DNA from: Squalus acanthias
Lineage: Eukaryota
Assembly (NCBI GenBank): GCA_030390025.1
Contig: CM059431.1
Coordinates: 102,116,001-102,180,000, forward strand
Direction: 5' to 3'
Length of the DNA stretch: 64,000 bases
The notes below the pieces were generated by a model. The model saw nothing but the letters and a program-made list of their open reading frames with translations, was not told the DNA's origin and did not search any database. Positions 12,052 to 24,009 of the stretch are shown here, piece after piece. Each line of letters begins with the position of its first letter. Position 1 is the first letter of the stretch. A program made the translations under genes and the position numbers.

Positions 12052-12975
12052 AGCCCCTCGAGCCTGTTCCGTCATTCAGTGAGATCATGGCTGATCTGCG
12101 ACCTAACTCCATATACCCGCCTTTGGCCCATATCCCTCAATACCTTTGGTTAACAAAAAGCTATCAATCTCAGATTTAAAATTAACAATTGATCTAGCAT
12201 CAATTGCCATTTGCGGAAGAGAGTTCCAAACTTCTACCACCCTTTGTGTGTAGAAGTGTTTCCTAATTTCACTCCTGAAAGGTCTGGCTCTAATTTTTAG
12301 ACGATGCCCCCTAGTCCTAGACTCCCCAACCAGCGGAAATAGTTTCTCTCTATCTACCCTATCTGTTCCCCTTAATATCCTGAAAACTTCGATCAAATCA
12401 CCCCTTAACCTTCTAAATTCTAGGGAATACAACCCTAATTTGTGTAATCTCTCCTTGTAACTTAACCCTTGGAGTCCGGGTATCATTCTGGTAAACCTAC
12501 GCTGCACTCCCTCCAAGGCCAATATATCCTTCCTAAGGTGTGGTGCCCAGAACTGCTCACAGTGCTCCAGGTGTGGTCTAACCAGGGTTTTGTACAGCTG
12601 CAGCATAACTTCTGCCCCTTGTATTCTAGTCCTCTAGATATAAAGGCCAGCATTCCATTAGCCTTTTTGATTATTTTCTGTACCTGTTCATGACATTTTA
12701 ATGATCTGTGTAACTGGGCCCCCAAGTCTCTTTGGACCTCCACTGTTTTTAGCTTTTCACCATTTAGAAAGTACCCTGTTCTATCCTTTTTAGGTCCAAA
12801 GTTGATGACCTCACATTTGCCTACATTGAAATTCATTTGCCACAGTTTTGCCTATTCACTTAATCTATCAATATCCCTTTGTAATTTTATGCTTTCGTCT
12901 ACATTGCCTACAATGCTGCCTATCTTTGTCATCGGCAAATTTGAGTATGTTGCTTTCTATTCCATCATCTAAGTC
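12052..12975 (-). mobile_element. CR1 LINE fragment (RT C-terminus, frameshifted)
   Basis: KFADD remnant, FNVGKCEVI, LYKTLVRPHLE, TRGHRLK, WNSLP. Confidence 0.92.
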
Positions 12976-13142
12976 TTGCGTTGGTGTCGAGAGGGGGAGG
13001 GCAGAATTTTGTCACGTTGGAAAACCATCACGAAGATCCAACCCACTGTGTGCGTCATCTCAGCTTCACACGAAGCTTTGTTTACCCGGGAGGGAGGGCA
13101 GCAGTCAAGACAGAAGCTTCTGACAATGCAGCTCTCATTCCT

Positions 13143-13372
13143 CAACAACAACTTGATTTACACAGCACCTTTAACGTAGTAAAATGTCCCAAGGCGCTTC
13201 ACAGGAGCGCCAATCAGACAAAATTTGACACTGAGCCACACAAGGAGATCTTGGGACAGGTGAGCACAAGCTTGGTCAAAGGGAAAGGTTTTAAGGAGCG
13301 TCTTAAAGGAGGAGAGAGAAGCGGAGAGGTGGAGAGGTTTAGAAAGGGAATTCCAGAGCTTAGGGCCCAGGT
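13143..13372 (-). mobile_element. L2 LINE 3' fragment
   Basis: LGPKLWNSL plus the L2 tail and (gtt)n. Confidence 0.8.
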
Positions 13373-13488
13373 AGCCCTGGGGAAATGCAATTCCTTTGAT
13401 ACAGCTAATTAAGTATACCACAGGCCAGGGCTAGAACACGGAATGTCAGTCAGAATATACTTCAACTCATATTAAATTCAATACTTAC

Positions 13489-13578
13489 AGTCATGCCATA
13501 CAGGGGAATCTGCCCATGAACTTTGAATTGATTCGATACAGTCAATCCTCTGCTTGTGTACAAAAGAATATCATTGAA
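13489..13578 (-). CDS. FARP1: FARP1 coding exon (PH1)
   Basis: ttacag|TTC AAT...ATG ACT|gtaagt; 90 nt, phase 0 to 0; FNDILLYTSRGLTVSNQFKVHGQIPLYGMT. Confidence 0.95.
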
Positions 13579-13714
13579 CTGTAACATGGGGGCGGGGGGG
13601 GGGAGAAAAGAAGATTTTTTTATTGAACATTACCCATGCCAGGTGACTGAAAAGTAAGTACTTTAATAGAAAATTAAACACTGCTGAATATGTTCATGTT
13701 AAACCCATATAAAA

Positions 13715-14061
13715 AAAGAATGTGCATTCGCTACAGCCCTTTTCACGACCTCAGGACGTCCCAAACTGCTTTACAGCCAATGAAGTACTTTTGAAGAGTA
13801 GTCACTGTTGTAATGGTAGGAAACGCGGCAGCCAATTTGCGCACAGCAAGCTCCCACAGACTGCAATGTGATAATGATTAGATATTCTGTTTTTTAGCGA
13901 TGTTGGTTGAGGGATACATATTGGCCCCAGGACACCGGGGAGAACTTCCCCTGCTCTTCTTCGAAATAGTGTCCGTGAGATCTTTTACATCGCCTGAGAG
14001 GGCAGACGGGGCCTCGGTTTAACGTCTCATCCAAAAGACGGCACCCCCGACAGTGCAGCAC
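13715..14061 (-). mobile_element. Deu-domain SINE, 5'-truncated
   Basis: Same core and tail as 8873-9335; sits in the 643-nt intron between two FARP1 exons. Confidence 0.85.
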
Positions 14062-14221
14062 AGCTTTATATTACTCATTTGTGCTGTTTAAGATAACCTA
14101 TGTTGAAGAATCGAAGTATCTGCTTATAGATGCAGCCGGAGCAGAATGCTGAGACTTCTGTTGGAATTTTAGCGGTGACCGACAGATATAACGCAGTCAC
14201 AATTAATTTTGGTTTACTTAC

Positions 14222-14290
14222 CAAAAAGAACATTCGTTGCTGCAATCCCTTTGCAGACAGCTTGCTGAGACATCCCTGTCTAATGAACTC
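14222..14290 (-). CDS. FARP1: FARP1 coding exon (start of PH1)
   Basis: gataaag|GAG TTC...TTT TTG|gtaagt; 69 nt, phase 0 to 0; EFIRQGCLSKLSAKGLQQRMFFL. Confidence 0.94.
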
Positions 14291-14399
14291 CTTTATCAAT
14301 CACAGAGAGAATAAACAACATCAAATAAATTATAGACAAATAAACAAAGGCCAAGACATGTAAAAATGTGGAATGGCGGACTGGCTCCTGACAAGGATC

Positions 14400-15246
14400 T
14401 ATCCTTGGCCCCCTCCTATTTCTCATCTACATGCTGCCCCTGGCGACATCATCCGAAAACACAGGATCCATAGGTACGCTGATGACACCCAGCTCTAGCT
14501 CGCCACCAACTCTCTCGATCCCTCCACTATCTCTGATTTGTCACACTGCTTGTCCGCTCATGTATCCACTCCATCACCAAGACCGCCTACTTCCACCTCC
14601 ATAACATCGCCCGACTCCGCCCCTACCTCAGCTCATCTGCTGCTGAGACCCTCACCCATGCCTTTGTTACCTCTAGACTCGACTATTCCAACACACTCCT
14701 GGCCGGCCTCCCATCTTCCACCCTACGTAAACTTGAGCTCATCCAAAACTCTGTTGCCCGTGTCCTAACTCGCACCAAGTCCCGTTCACCCATCACCCCC
14801 TGTGCTCGCTGACCTACATTGACTCCCGTTCTGGCAAAGCCTCAATTTTTAAATTCTCATTCTTGTTTTCAAATCCCTCCATGGCCTCGCCCCTCCCTAT
14901 CTCTGTAATTTCTCCAGCCCTACAAAACCTCCAAAATATCTGCGCTCCTCCAATTCTGCCCTCTTGAGGATCCCCGATTTCCATCGCTCCACCATTGGCG
15001 GCCTTGCCTTCAGCTGCCTGGGGCCCTAAGCTCTGGAATTCCCTCCCTAAACCTCTCCGCCTCTCTCTCCTCCTTTAGGACGCTCCTTAAAGCCCACCTC
15101 TTTAACCAGGCTTTTGGTCACCTGTCCTAATATCTCCTTCTGTGTCTTGGTGTCAGATTTTTGTTAGATAATCGCTCCTGTGAAGCGCCTTGGGAGATTT
15201 TACTACGTTAAAGGCGCTATATAAATGCAAGTTATTGTTGTTGTTG
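14400..15246 (+). mobile_element. L2 LINE fragment including a YADD remnant
   Basis: tacgctgatgacacccagctc (YADDTQL); later RLDYSN and IQNS motifs; L2 tail. Confidence 0.88.
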
Positions 15247-15721
15247 TGTCACTAACCTTGCTCGGCACTCTGTTGATATTAATAATACCCACTGACGTGA
15301 GATGCAGCTCAGGCTTTGGGATTCAGATCATGATCACACCCCAAAGCTTTCTCCACTCCTACATTCTCACCATTATCGACGTTTCCACCCAAAATATTAA
15401 AATTTTATTACTAACTCTAAACAGATCACATTACAACAATACTGTATTATAAGTCTTTACTCTAGTCTCGCTCTCCCATCTAATAACTCCCTCCAAGGAA
15501 AAATAACTTTACTTTTACAGATGCCTTAAATTTGGCCGCCATGTCCTATTTATCGTTTTCCAGGGTCCCCAACGTTTGGGACGTTTTACAACGCAAGGCG
15601 TAATATAAATGCAGGTTGTTGTTGTTTGATCTGTTAGCGGCCAATTTGCATTAATGCCCCCTTGTCCTAGACTCTCTGACAAGTGGAAACATCTTCTCTA
15701 TGTCTACCCTATCGATCCCCT

Positions 15722-16270
15722 TCAGTGCAGTTTTGGTCGCCTTATCTGAGGAAGGATGTTCTTGCCATGGAAGGAGTTCAGCGAAGATTCACAAGGCTGA
15801 TACCTGGGATGGCAGGAATGACGTATGAAGAGAGATTGGGTCGATTGGGCTTATACTCGCTGGAGTTTAGAAGAATGAGAGGGGATCTCATTGAAACTTA
15901 TAAAATTCTGACAGGACAGGACAAACTAGATGCAGGAAGGATGTTCCCGATGGTCGGGGAGTCCAGAACCAGGGGTCACAGTCTAAGGATAAGGGGTAAG
16001 CCATTTAGGACAGAAATGAGGAGGAATTTCTTCACCCAGAGAGTGGTGAACCTGTGGAATTCTCTGCCACAGAAGGCAGTAGAGGCCAATTCATTAAATA
16101 GATTCAAGAATGAGTTGGATATATTTCTTAAGGCTAAAGGGATATGGGGAGAAAGCAGGGACAGGGTACTGAATTTGGATGATCAGCCATGATCGCATTG
16201 AATGGCGGAGCAGGCTAGAGGGGCCGAATGGCCTACTCCTGCTCCTATCTTCTATGATTCTATGATTCTA
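15722..16270 (+). mobile_element. CR1 LINE 3' fragment
   Basis: VQFWSPYLRKD..GMTYEERLGRLGLYSLE..; tail (ttctatga)n; same subfamily as 61842-62317. Confidence 0.92.
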
Positions 16271-16789
16271 TGAGAATGTTAAAGAACCCTCCGTCGGGTC
16301 ACCCCTCAACCTTCTCTTTTGCAGAGCAAGGGGCCCCAGCCTGCTCAATCGGTCCTCGCCATTCCAGGTTAACGTTCTCGTAAATCTTTTCCGTAGAATA
16401 CCAAAAGGGCAGGGCCAGTGGCGAGCGCGCGTGATGTCAAAGCTGAACACATTTCCTTGAAATGCCAATCTGTGTGGTTACGTGCCGTAACCGCGCTAAC
16501 CTCCACACTGCTGTGCCATCAGTCATCGCACTCATAGTTTAATAAAGACAATCACAGCCAAGTGCAGAGTCAGGATTTACACAGACTGCTGTTCAATCTC
16601 ATTCAAACTAATCAGGGAAAACTATGATGAAAAGTGATGGAATTTTTCACCTCTGTCAGAGTGCGCCACGATTGAATGAAGGACATTTGTTCTTCGTGCT
16701 GCTGTGCCAATTAACGTTTCTGCAGGTTATTTTACAGGACGTGAAGCTTTAGACCCACTAACACCATTGAAGGAAAGGGAAAATAGCAA

Positions 16790-18518
16790 CAGCTTTCATT
16801 CATATAGCGCCTTTAACATAGTAAAACATCCCAAGGCGCTGCACAGGAGCGTAAATCAGACAAGATTTGACAACGAGCCACGTAAGGAGATATTAGGACA
16901 GGCTTGGTCAAAGTGGAAGGTTTTAAGAAGCGTCTTAAAGGAGGAGGAGAGGCGGACTGAGATGTTCAGGTGGGGTTGGCTGAGCTTGCCCTGTTTTGGA
17001 AAAGCCCAGTACAAAGAAGCACAGAGACCACATTCCTTTAGCTCAACAACAACTTGCATTTATATAGCGTCTTTAAAATAGTAAAACTGCCCAAGGCGCT
17101 TCACAAGAGCGATTATCAAATGAAATTTGACACCGAGCCACATAAGGAGATATTAGGGCAGATGATCAAAAGCTCGGTCACAGAGGTAGGTTTTAAGGAG
17201 CATCTTAAAGGAGGAGAGAGGTGTAGAGGTGCAGGGAGGGAATTCCAGAGATTAGGGCCCAGGCAGCCGATGGCACGACCACCAATGGTGGAGCGATGGA
17301 AATCGGGGATGTTGAAGCCAATGGTGGAGCGATGGAAATCAGGGGGATGTGCAAGAGGCCAGAATTGGAGGAGCGCCGAGATCTTGGCGGGTTGGAGAGC
17401 CGGAGGAGGTTACAGAGATCGGGACGGAGCTAATAGCTTTAGGTTCATTATGGCCCATCAAAGGAAAGGGAAAACAGAACGATACGAGATGGGAAAAACT
17501 CCTCAGGTGTGGCAGATTAGTTACTGCACGAGGGGCTTGGATTGGAACAGCTGATTTACTTAACCAAGGATCTTGCTTGACTCGTTCTTTACATATTTTC
17601 CCTTCACTTTGACAAAGAGACTGAGCCATTCGCCGTAACAATTCACAAGCTGTGATCTTAGACTGGGTTTAAATATTTTGTATTGGCACTGGGTGGCTGA
17701 TAAGGAGAATGTGGAGTAACAATGAGCTAGACTTGCATCTTTGGTTTCGAATTCAATGCTAGTACTGGGTTGCTGAAAGTGCGATGCCGTACAACAAATG
17801 TGCAGAGGCCAGTTACAGGGAGCAATCAAATTTAATCTTCCTCCCTTTGCAACAATAATGAATACTAACATACTCAGGAATAATTAATGCTAACATAACT
17901 ATTAGCAGCAAATATGCTACAGTGTCGTGATCCAAAATTTATAAAGCATCTTTAACGCAATAAAACGTCCCAAGGCGCTTCACAGGGGTGTTACCAAAAC
18001 CCCCCAAAATTTGACACCAAGCCACATAAGGAGATATTAGGGCAGATGGGGTAGATTTATAGGAACGTCTTAAAGGAGGAAAGAGAGGTAGAGGGGCGGA
18101 GAGGTTTAGGGAGGGAATTCCAGAGTTTAGGACCCAGGCAGCTGAAGGCACGGCCACCAATGGTGGAGCATTTAAAATCGGGGATGTTCAAAAGGTCAGA
18201 ATAGGGGGAGCACAGAGGTCTAGGGGGATTACAGGGCTGGAGGAGATTACAGGGATAAGGAGGGGGCGAGGCCATGGAGGGATTTGAAAACAAGGATGAG
18301 AATTTTAAAATTGAGGTGTTGCTTAACTGGAGCCAGTGTAGGTCAGCGAGCACAGGGGAGATGGGTGAGCGAGGCTTGGTGCGAGTTAGGACACGGGCAG
18401 CCGAGTTTTGGATGACCTCAAGTTTATGGAGGGTGGAATGTGGGAGGCCGGTCAGGTAGGCATTGGAATAGTCAAGTCTAGAGGTGACAAAGGCATGGAT
18501 GAGGGTTTCAGCAGCGGA
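16790..18518 (-). mobile_element. Cluster of three L2 3' fragments (about 16790-16960, 17045-17420, 17940-18518)
   Basis: Reverse complements of the L2 tail and GGRAF..PKLWNSLP. Confidence 0.8.
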
Positions 18519-18684
18519 TAAACTTCTTAAACTGACAATTTAAGTATGATTTTTACTTTTCACACCGGTATGAACTAGTTTGCTGAGCCTCCGATAAAAG
18601 TTTGCCCGAAGTGTAACAGAAATATATTCCTGTCAAAGCCAAAGATTCCAAGCTTCCTCTCCCTGTTCCCAATTTTTCATCTTA

Positions 18685-19130
18685 AGAAGAGGAGGAGGCC
18701 ATTCTGACCCTCGTGCCTGTTCCGCCATTCAATTACATCACGGCTGATCTGTGTCTTAACTCCATCTACCCGCCTTGGTTCCGTGACCCTTAATGCCCTT
18801 ACCCAACAAAACTCTATCAATCTCAGTTTTGAAATTCTCAACTGACCCCCAGCCTCAACAGCTTTTTCTGGGGAGAGAGTTCCAGATTTCCACCACCCTT
18901 TGTGTGAAGAAGTGCTTCCTGACATCACCCCTGAACGGCCTGGCTCTAATTTTAAGGTTATGCCCCCTTGTTCTGGACTCCCCCCACCAGAGGAAATAGT
19001 TTCTCTCTCTCTACCCCATCAACTCCTTTAATCATCTTGAACACCTCAATTAGATCACCCCTTAATCTTCTAAACTCGAGGGGATACAAGCCTAGTCTGT
19101 GCAGCCCGTCCTCATAATGTAACCCTTTAC
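18685..19130 (-). mobile_element. CR1 LINE 3' fragment
   Basis: Reverse complement of [28 protein letters not shown]; same subfamily as 37625-38035. Confidence 0.85.
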
Positions 19131-19384
19131 CACATGCCTGCTGTAATTTAGTCCCTGATTGGACTACCTTAGGATTCCTTTTTGTAACTAAAACTATGGC
19201 AACACTAGACTGACTTGTGGTGTTCTCTCTCGCTGATGCTCACCAGCTGAGCTCACACATGAACACTGGTCATTTGGGCAAAGTAACAGAGGGCGTCTGT
19301 GGGACCGTATCCCAGGACGGGTCAATGGCTTCAGCCAATGGAGAGAGGAAGAATGTGAAAACAGATACACTATGAACTTAACAG

Positions 19385-20945
19385 AAGAACATAAGAAATA
19401 GGAGCAGGAGTCGGCCATTTGGCCCATCGAGCCTGCTCCGCCATTCAATAAGATCATGGCTGATCTTCGACCTCATCCCCACATTCCTGCACTGTCCCCA
19501 TATCCCTTGATTACCTTAATATTCAAAAATCTATTGATCTCTGTCTTGAATATATTCAACAACTGAGCCGCCACAGCCCTCTGGGGTAGAGAATTCCAAA
19601 GATTCACCACCCTCTGAGTGAAGAAATTTCTCCTCATCTCAGTCCTAAATGGCCGACCCCTTATTCTGAGACTGTGACCCCTGGTTCTAGACTCCCCAGC
19701 CAGGGGAAACATCCTCCCTGCATCTACCCTGTCAAGCCCTGTAAGAATTTTGTATGTTTCAATGAGATCACCTCTCATTCTTCTAAACTCTAGAGAATAT
19801 ATGTGAGAAGTCGCACAACACCAGGTTATAGTCCAACAGTTTTATTTGAAATCACAAGCTTTCGGAGCGCTGCTCCTTTGTCAGGTGACGTCACCTGACG
19901 AAGGAGCAGCGCTCTGAAAGCTTGTGATTTCAAATAAAACTGTTGGACTATAACCTGGTGTTGTGCAACTTCTCACATTTGTCCACCCCAGTCCAACACC
20001 GGCATCTCCGCATCATGGCTAGAGAATATAAGCCTAGTCTACTCAATCTCTCCTCATAGGACAATCCCCCCATCCCAGGAACCAGTCTGGTGAACCTTCG
20101 TTGCACTCCCTCTATGGCAAGTATATCCTTCCTTAGGGAAGGAGACCAAAACTGTACGCAATACTCCAGGTGTGGTCTCACCAGGGCCCTATATAATTGC
20201 AGTAAGATGTCTTTACTCTTATACTCAAATCCTCTTGTAATAAAGGCCAACATACCATTTGCTTTCCTAATTGCTTGCTGTACCTGCATGTTAACTTTCA
20301 GTGATTCGTGTACAAGGACACCCAGGTCCCTCTGAACACCAACATTTCCCAATCTCTCACCATTTAAAAAATACTCTGCTTTTCTATTTTTCCTACCAAA
20401 GTGGATAACTTCACATTTCCCCACATTATATTCCATTTGCCATGTTCTTGCCCACTCACTTAGCCTGTCTACATCCCCTTGAAGCCTTCTTGCATTCTCC
20501 TCACAACTTACATTCCCACCCAGCTTTGTATCATCAGCAAACTTGGATATATTATATTTGGTCCCCTCATCCAAATCATTGATTGTGAATAGCTGAGGCC
20601 CAAGCACAGATTCTTGGGGTACCCCACTAGTTACAGCCTGCCAACCTGAAAATGACACGTTTATTCGTACTCTCTGTTTTCTGTCCGTTAACCAATCCTC
20701 AATCTATGCTAGTATATTACCCCCAATCCCATGAGCACTAATTTTGTTTAATAACCTCTTGTGTGGCACCTTATCGAATGCCTTCTGAAAATCCAAATAC
20801 ACCACATCTACTGGTTTCCCCCTTATCTATTCTGCTAGTTACAACCTCAAAAAACTCTAACAGATTTGTCAAACACGATTTCCCTTTCATAAATCCATGT
20901 TGACTCTGCCCAATCCTATTATTATTTTCTAAGTGCCCTGTTAAC
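19385..20945 (-). mobile_element. CR1 LINE (RT domain to 3' end), interrupted by a Penelope-like insertion
   Basis: QHGFMKGKSCLTNLLEFF, GVPQESVLGP, SKFADDTKL; closely similar to 52815-54243. Confidence 0.95.
19802..20018 (+). mobile_element. Fold-back Penelope-like mini-element with two hammerhead cores and a 12-bp TSD
   Basis: 88-bp inverted arms centred on gtgac|gtcac, a 41-nt tail, and TSD ctagagaatata at 19790-19801 and 20019-20030. Confidence 0.8.
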
Positions 20946-21013
20946 ATTTGATGCAATGACATTTTAGATAATACATTTTTAAAAAAAGAAAAATTCGATA
21001 AAACAGAATGTAC

Positions 21014-21144
21014 CCTTCCAGGGATGACCAAATTGTCAATCCCGATCAAGTCCCTCTTCAGCTCGACGAGCTTCTGAAAGTTCTCCATCTTGATCATTGT
21101 GCCGTGCAGTTGGGCTGCCATTTCTGCCACCTCTGCCAATGCCG
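21014..21144 (-). CDS. FARP1: FARP1 coding exon (end of DH domain)
   Basis: ctccatccag|CG GCA...GGA AGG|gtacat; 131 nt, phase 1 to 0; (A)ALAEVAEMAAQLHGTMIKMENFQKLVELKRDLIGIDNLVIPGR. Confidence 0.95.
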
Positions 21145-21164
21145 CTGGATGGAGAAAGAAGAAT

Positions 21165-22412
21165 GAATGAAAGACTTGCATTTCTATAGCGCCTTTCACA
21201 ACCTCAGGGCGTCCCAAAGCGCTTCACAGCCAATGTGAAGTGTAGTCACTGTTTTAATGTGGGAAACGCGGCAGCCAATTGGCGCGCAGCAAGCTCCCAC
21301 ACACAGCAATGTGATAACGACCGGATAATCTGCTTTTTTTTAATTATTCATTTCTGGGAGGTGGGCGTCGCTGGCCAGGCTAGCATTTATTGCCCATCCC
21401 TAGTTGCCCTTGAGAAGGTGGTGGTGAGCCGCCTTCTTGAACCGCTGCAGTCCGTGTGGTGAAGGTACTCCCACAGTGCTGTTAGGTAGGGAGTTCCAGG
21501 ATTTTGACCCAGCGACGATGAAGGATCGGCGATATACTTCCAAGTCAGGATGGTGGGGAACTTGGAGGAGAACTTGGAGGTGGTGGTGTTCCCACGCGCC
21601 TGCTGCCCTTGTCCTTCTAGGTGGAAGAGGTCGCGGGTTTGAGAGGTGCTGCCGAAGAAGCCTTGGCGAGTTGCTGCAGTGCATCTTGTAGATGGTACAC
21701 ACTGCAGCCACGCTACGCCGGTGGTGGAGGGAGTGAATGTTTAAGGTGGTGGATGGGGTTCCAATCAAGTGGGCTGCTTTGTCCTGGATGGTGTCGAGCT
21801 TCTTGAGTGTTGTTGGAGCTGCACTCACCCAGGCAAGTGGAGAGTATTCCCTCACACTCCTTACTTGTGCCTTGTAGATGGTGTTGGTTGAGGGATAAAT
21901 ATTGGCCCTGGGGACTGACACTGGGGAGAGCTCTTCTTCGAAATAGTGCCATGGGATCTTTTACGTTGACCTGAAAGGGCAGTTGAATGTCTCATCCAAA
22001 AGACAGCACCTCTGACAGTGCAGAGCTCCCTCAGTACTGACCCTCCAACAGTGCAGAGCTCCCTCAGTGCTGCCCCTCCGACAGTGCAACGCTCCCTCAG
22101 TACTGCCCCTCCGACAGTGCAGCGCTCCCTCAGTACTGCCATTCAGACAGTGCAGCGCTCCCTCAGTACTGTCCCTCCGACAGTGCAGCGCTCCCTCAGT
22201 ACTGCCCCTCCGACAGTGCGGTGCTCCCTCAGTACTGCTCCTCCAACAGTGCGGCGCTCCCTCAGTACTGCCCCTCCGACAGTGCGGCGCTCCCTCAGTA
22301 CTGCTCCTCCGACAGTGCGGCGCTCCCTCAGTACTGCCCCTCCGACAGTGCGGTGCTCCCTCAGTACTGCTCCTCCGACAGTGCGGCGCTCCCTCAGTAC
22401 TGCCCCTCCGAC
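21165..22412 (-). mobile_element. Deu-domain SINE split by a LINE insertion, with an internal 33-bp array
   Basis: Tail at 21165-21335, core at 21878-22010, array at 22010-22412. Confidence 0.85.
21337..21877 (-). mobile_element. Jockey/CR1-group non-LTR retrotransposon 3' fragment
   Basis: YKAQVRSVREYSPLAW..LKKLDTIQDKAA..HSLHHRR..SKSWNSLP. Confidence 0.8.
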
Positions 22413-22547
22413 TGTTTTTTTGCCTTTCCCAGGAGAGCACATGGTATTGGGTGGGGTGCGGAGTGTATATGTTGTGATACACAAGATATCGCAATTGTGT
22501 GGGACAGGCTGAGTGGACCAGGGGGTCTTTTCCTGTCTATTGCTGTT

Positions 22548-23228
22548 GCCTCAGCTCATCACTAAGACCGCCTATTTCCACCTCCGTAACATCACCTGTC
22601 TCCGCCCTTGCCTCAGCTCATCCGCTGCTGAAACCCTCATCCATGCCTTTGTTACCTCTAGACTTGACTATTCCAATGCACTCCTGGCCGGCCTCCCACA
22701 TTCCACCCTACGTAAACTTGAGGTCATCCAAAACTCTGCTGCCCGTGTCCTAACTCGCACCAAGTCCCGTTCGCCCATCACCCCCTGTGCTCGCTGACCT
22801 ACATTGGCTCCTGGTTAAGCAGCGCCTCGATTTCAAAATTCTCATCCTTGTTTTCAAATCCCTCCATGGCCTTGCCCCTCTCTATCTCTGTAATCTCCTC
22901 CAGCCCCACAACCCCACGAGATATCTGCGCTCCTCTAATTCTGGCCTCTTGAGGATCCCTGATTATAATCGCTCAACCATTGGTGGCCGTGCCTTCTGTT
23001 GCCTGGGCCCTAAGCTCTGGAATTCCCTGCCTAAACCTCTCCGCCTCTCTCTCCTCCTTTAAGACGCTCCTTAAAACCTACCTCTTTGACCAAGCTTTTG
23101 GTCACCTGCCCTAATTTATCCTTATGTTGGTGTCAAATTTTTTGTCTTACAATATCCTGTGAAGCGCCTTGGGACGTTTTACTACGTTAAAGGTGCTATA
23201 TAAATACAAGTTGTTGTTGCTGTTGTTG
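22548..23228 (+). mobile_element. L2 LINE 3' fragment
   Basis: TKTAYFHLRNI..AETLIHAFVTSRLDYSNALLAGLP..LHWL..PKLWNSLP. Confidence 0.92.
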
Positions 23229-23477
23229 TATGTACATTTAAAGGGTCAAACTGTAAGGTAAAACTGTAAGTTGTACACATTTAAACGGTTAAACATTCTA
23301 ACCAGATCCAATGGAAAAAGATTTTTTTTGAAAATTCAATCTTATTCTTTGACCTTTGACTCGCTCAGTGAAGCAATACTCAGTTGTGTGTGTGTTGCCT
23401 GCCACCTTGTGGCGGTGAATAAGAACTGTACATCAAGCTGAAACGAGATCAAAATGTAAATAATATTATTCACACAT

Positions 23478-23853
23478 AGGTACGGTCATGTTACTGGATA
23501 CAGAGGCCTAGACTAATGATCCAGAGACGTGAGTTCAAATCCCACCATGGTAGCTGGGGAATTTTAATTCAGTTAATTATATAAATCTGAATAAAAAGCT
23601 AGTATCAGTAATAGTGACCATGAAACTACTGGATTGTCGTAAAAACCCATCTGGTTCACTAATGTCCTTTAGGGAAGGAAATCTGCCGCCCTTACCCGGT
23701 CTGGCCTATATGTGACTCCAGACCCACAACTCTTAACTGCCCTCTGTGGTTCAAGAAGGTGGCTCACCACCGCCTTCTCCTGGGCAGTTAGGGATGGGCA
23801 ATAAATGCTGGCCTTGCCAGCGACGCCCACATGCCATGAACGAATAATAAAAA
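23478..23853 (+). mobile_element. tRNA-derived SINE (family 2)
   Basis: B-box gagttcaaatccc; body gtaaaaacccatctggttcactaatgtcc; LINE-like tail and poly(A). Confidence 0.78.
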
Positions 23854-24009
23854 AACCCCAAGAGTTAGCAGGAATAAGGCATGAGGAGTGTGCCAAACAT
23901 TCATTCAGCTTGAGAGAGAATCAATGTTTTTATGCAGTTACAAGGTCCCCTCTCTTACCAACTTTGAACAATTAAGTCTGGAAATAAGAGACCCTTTCTC
24001 CAACAACAA

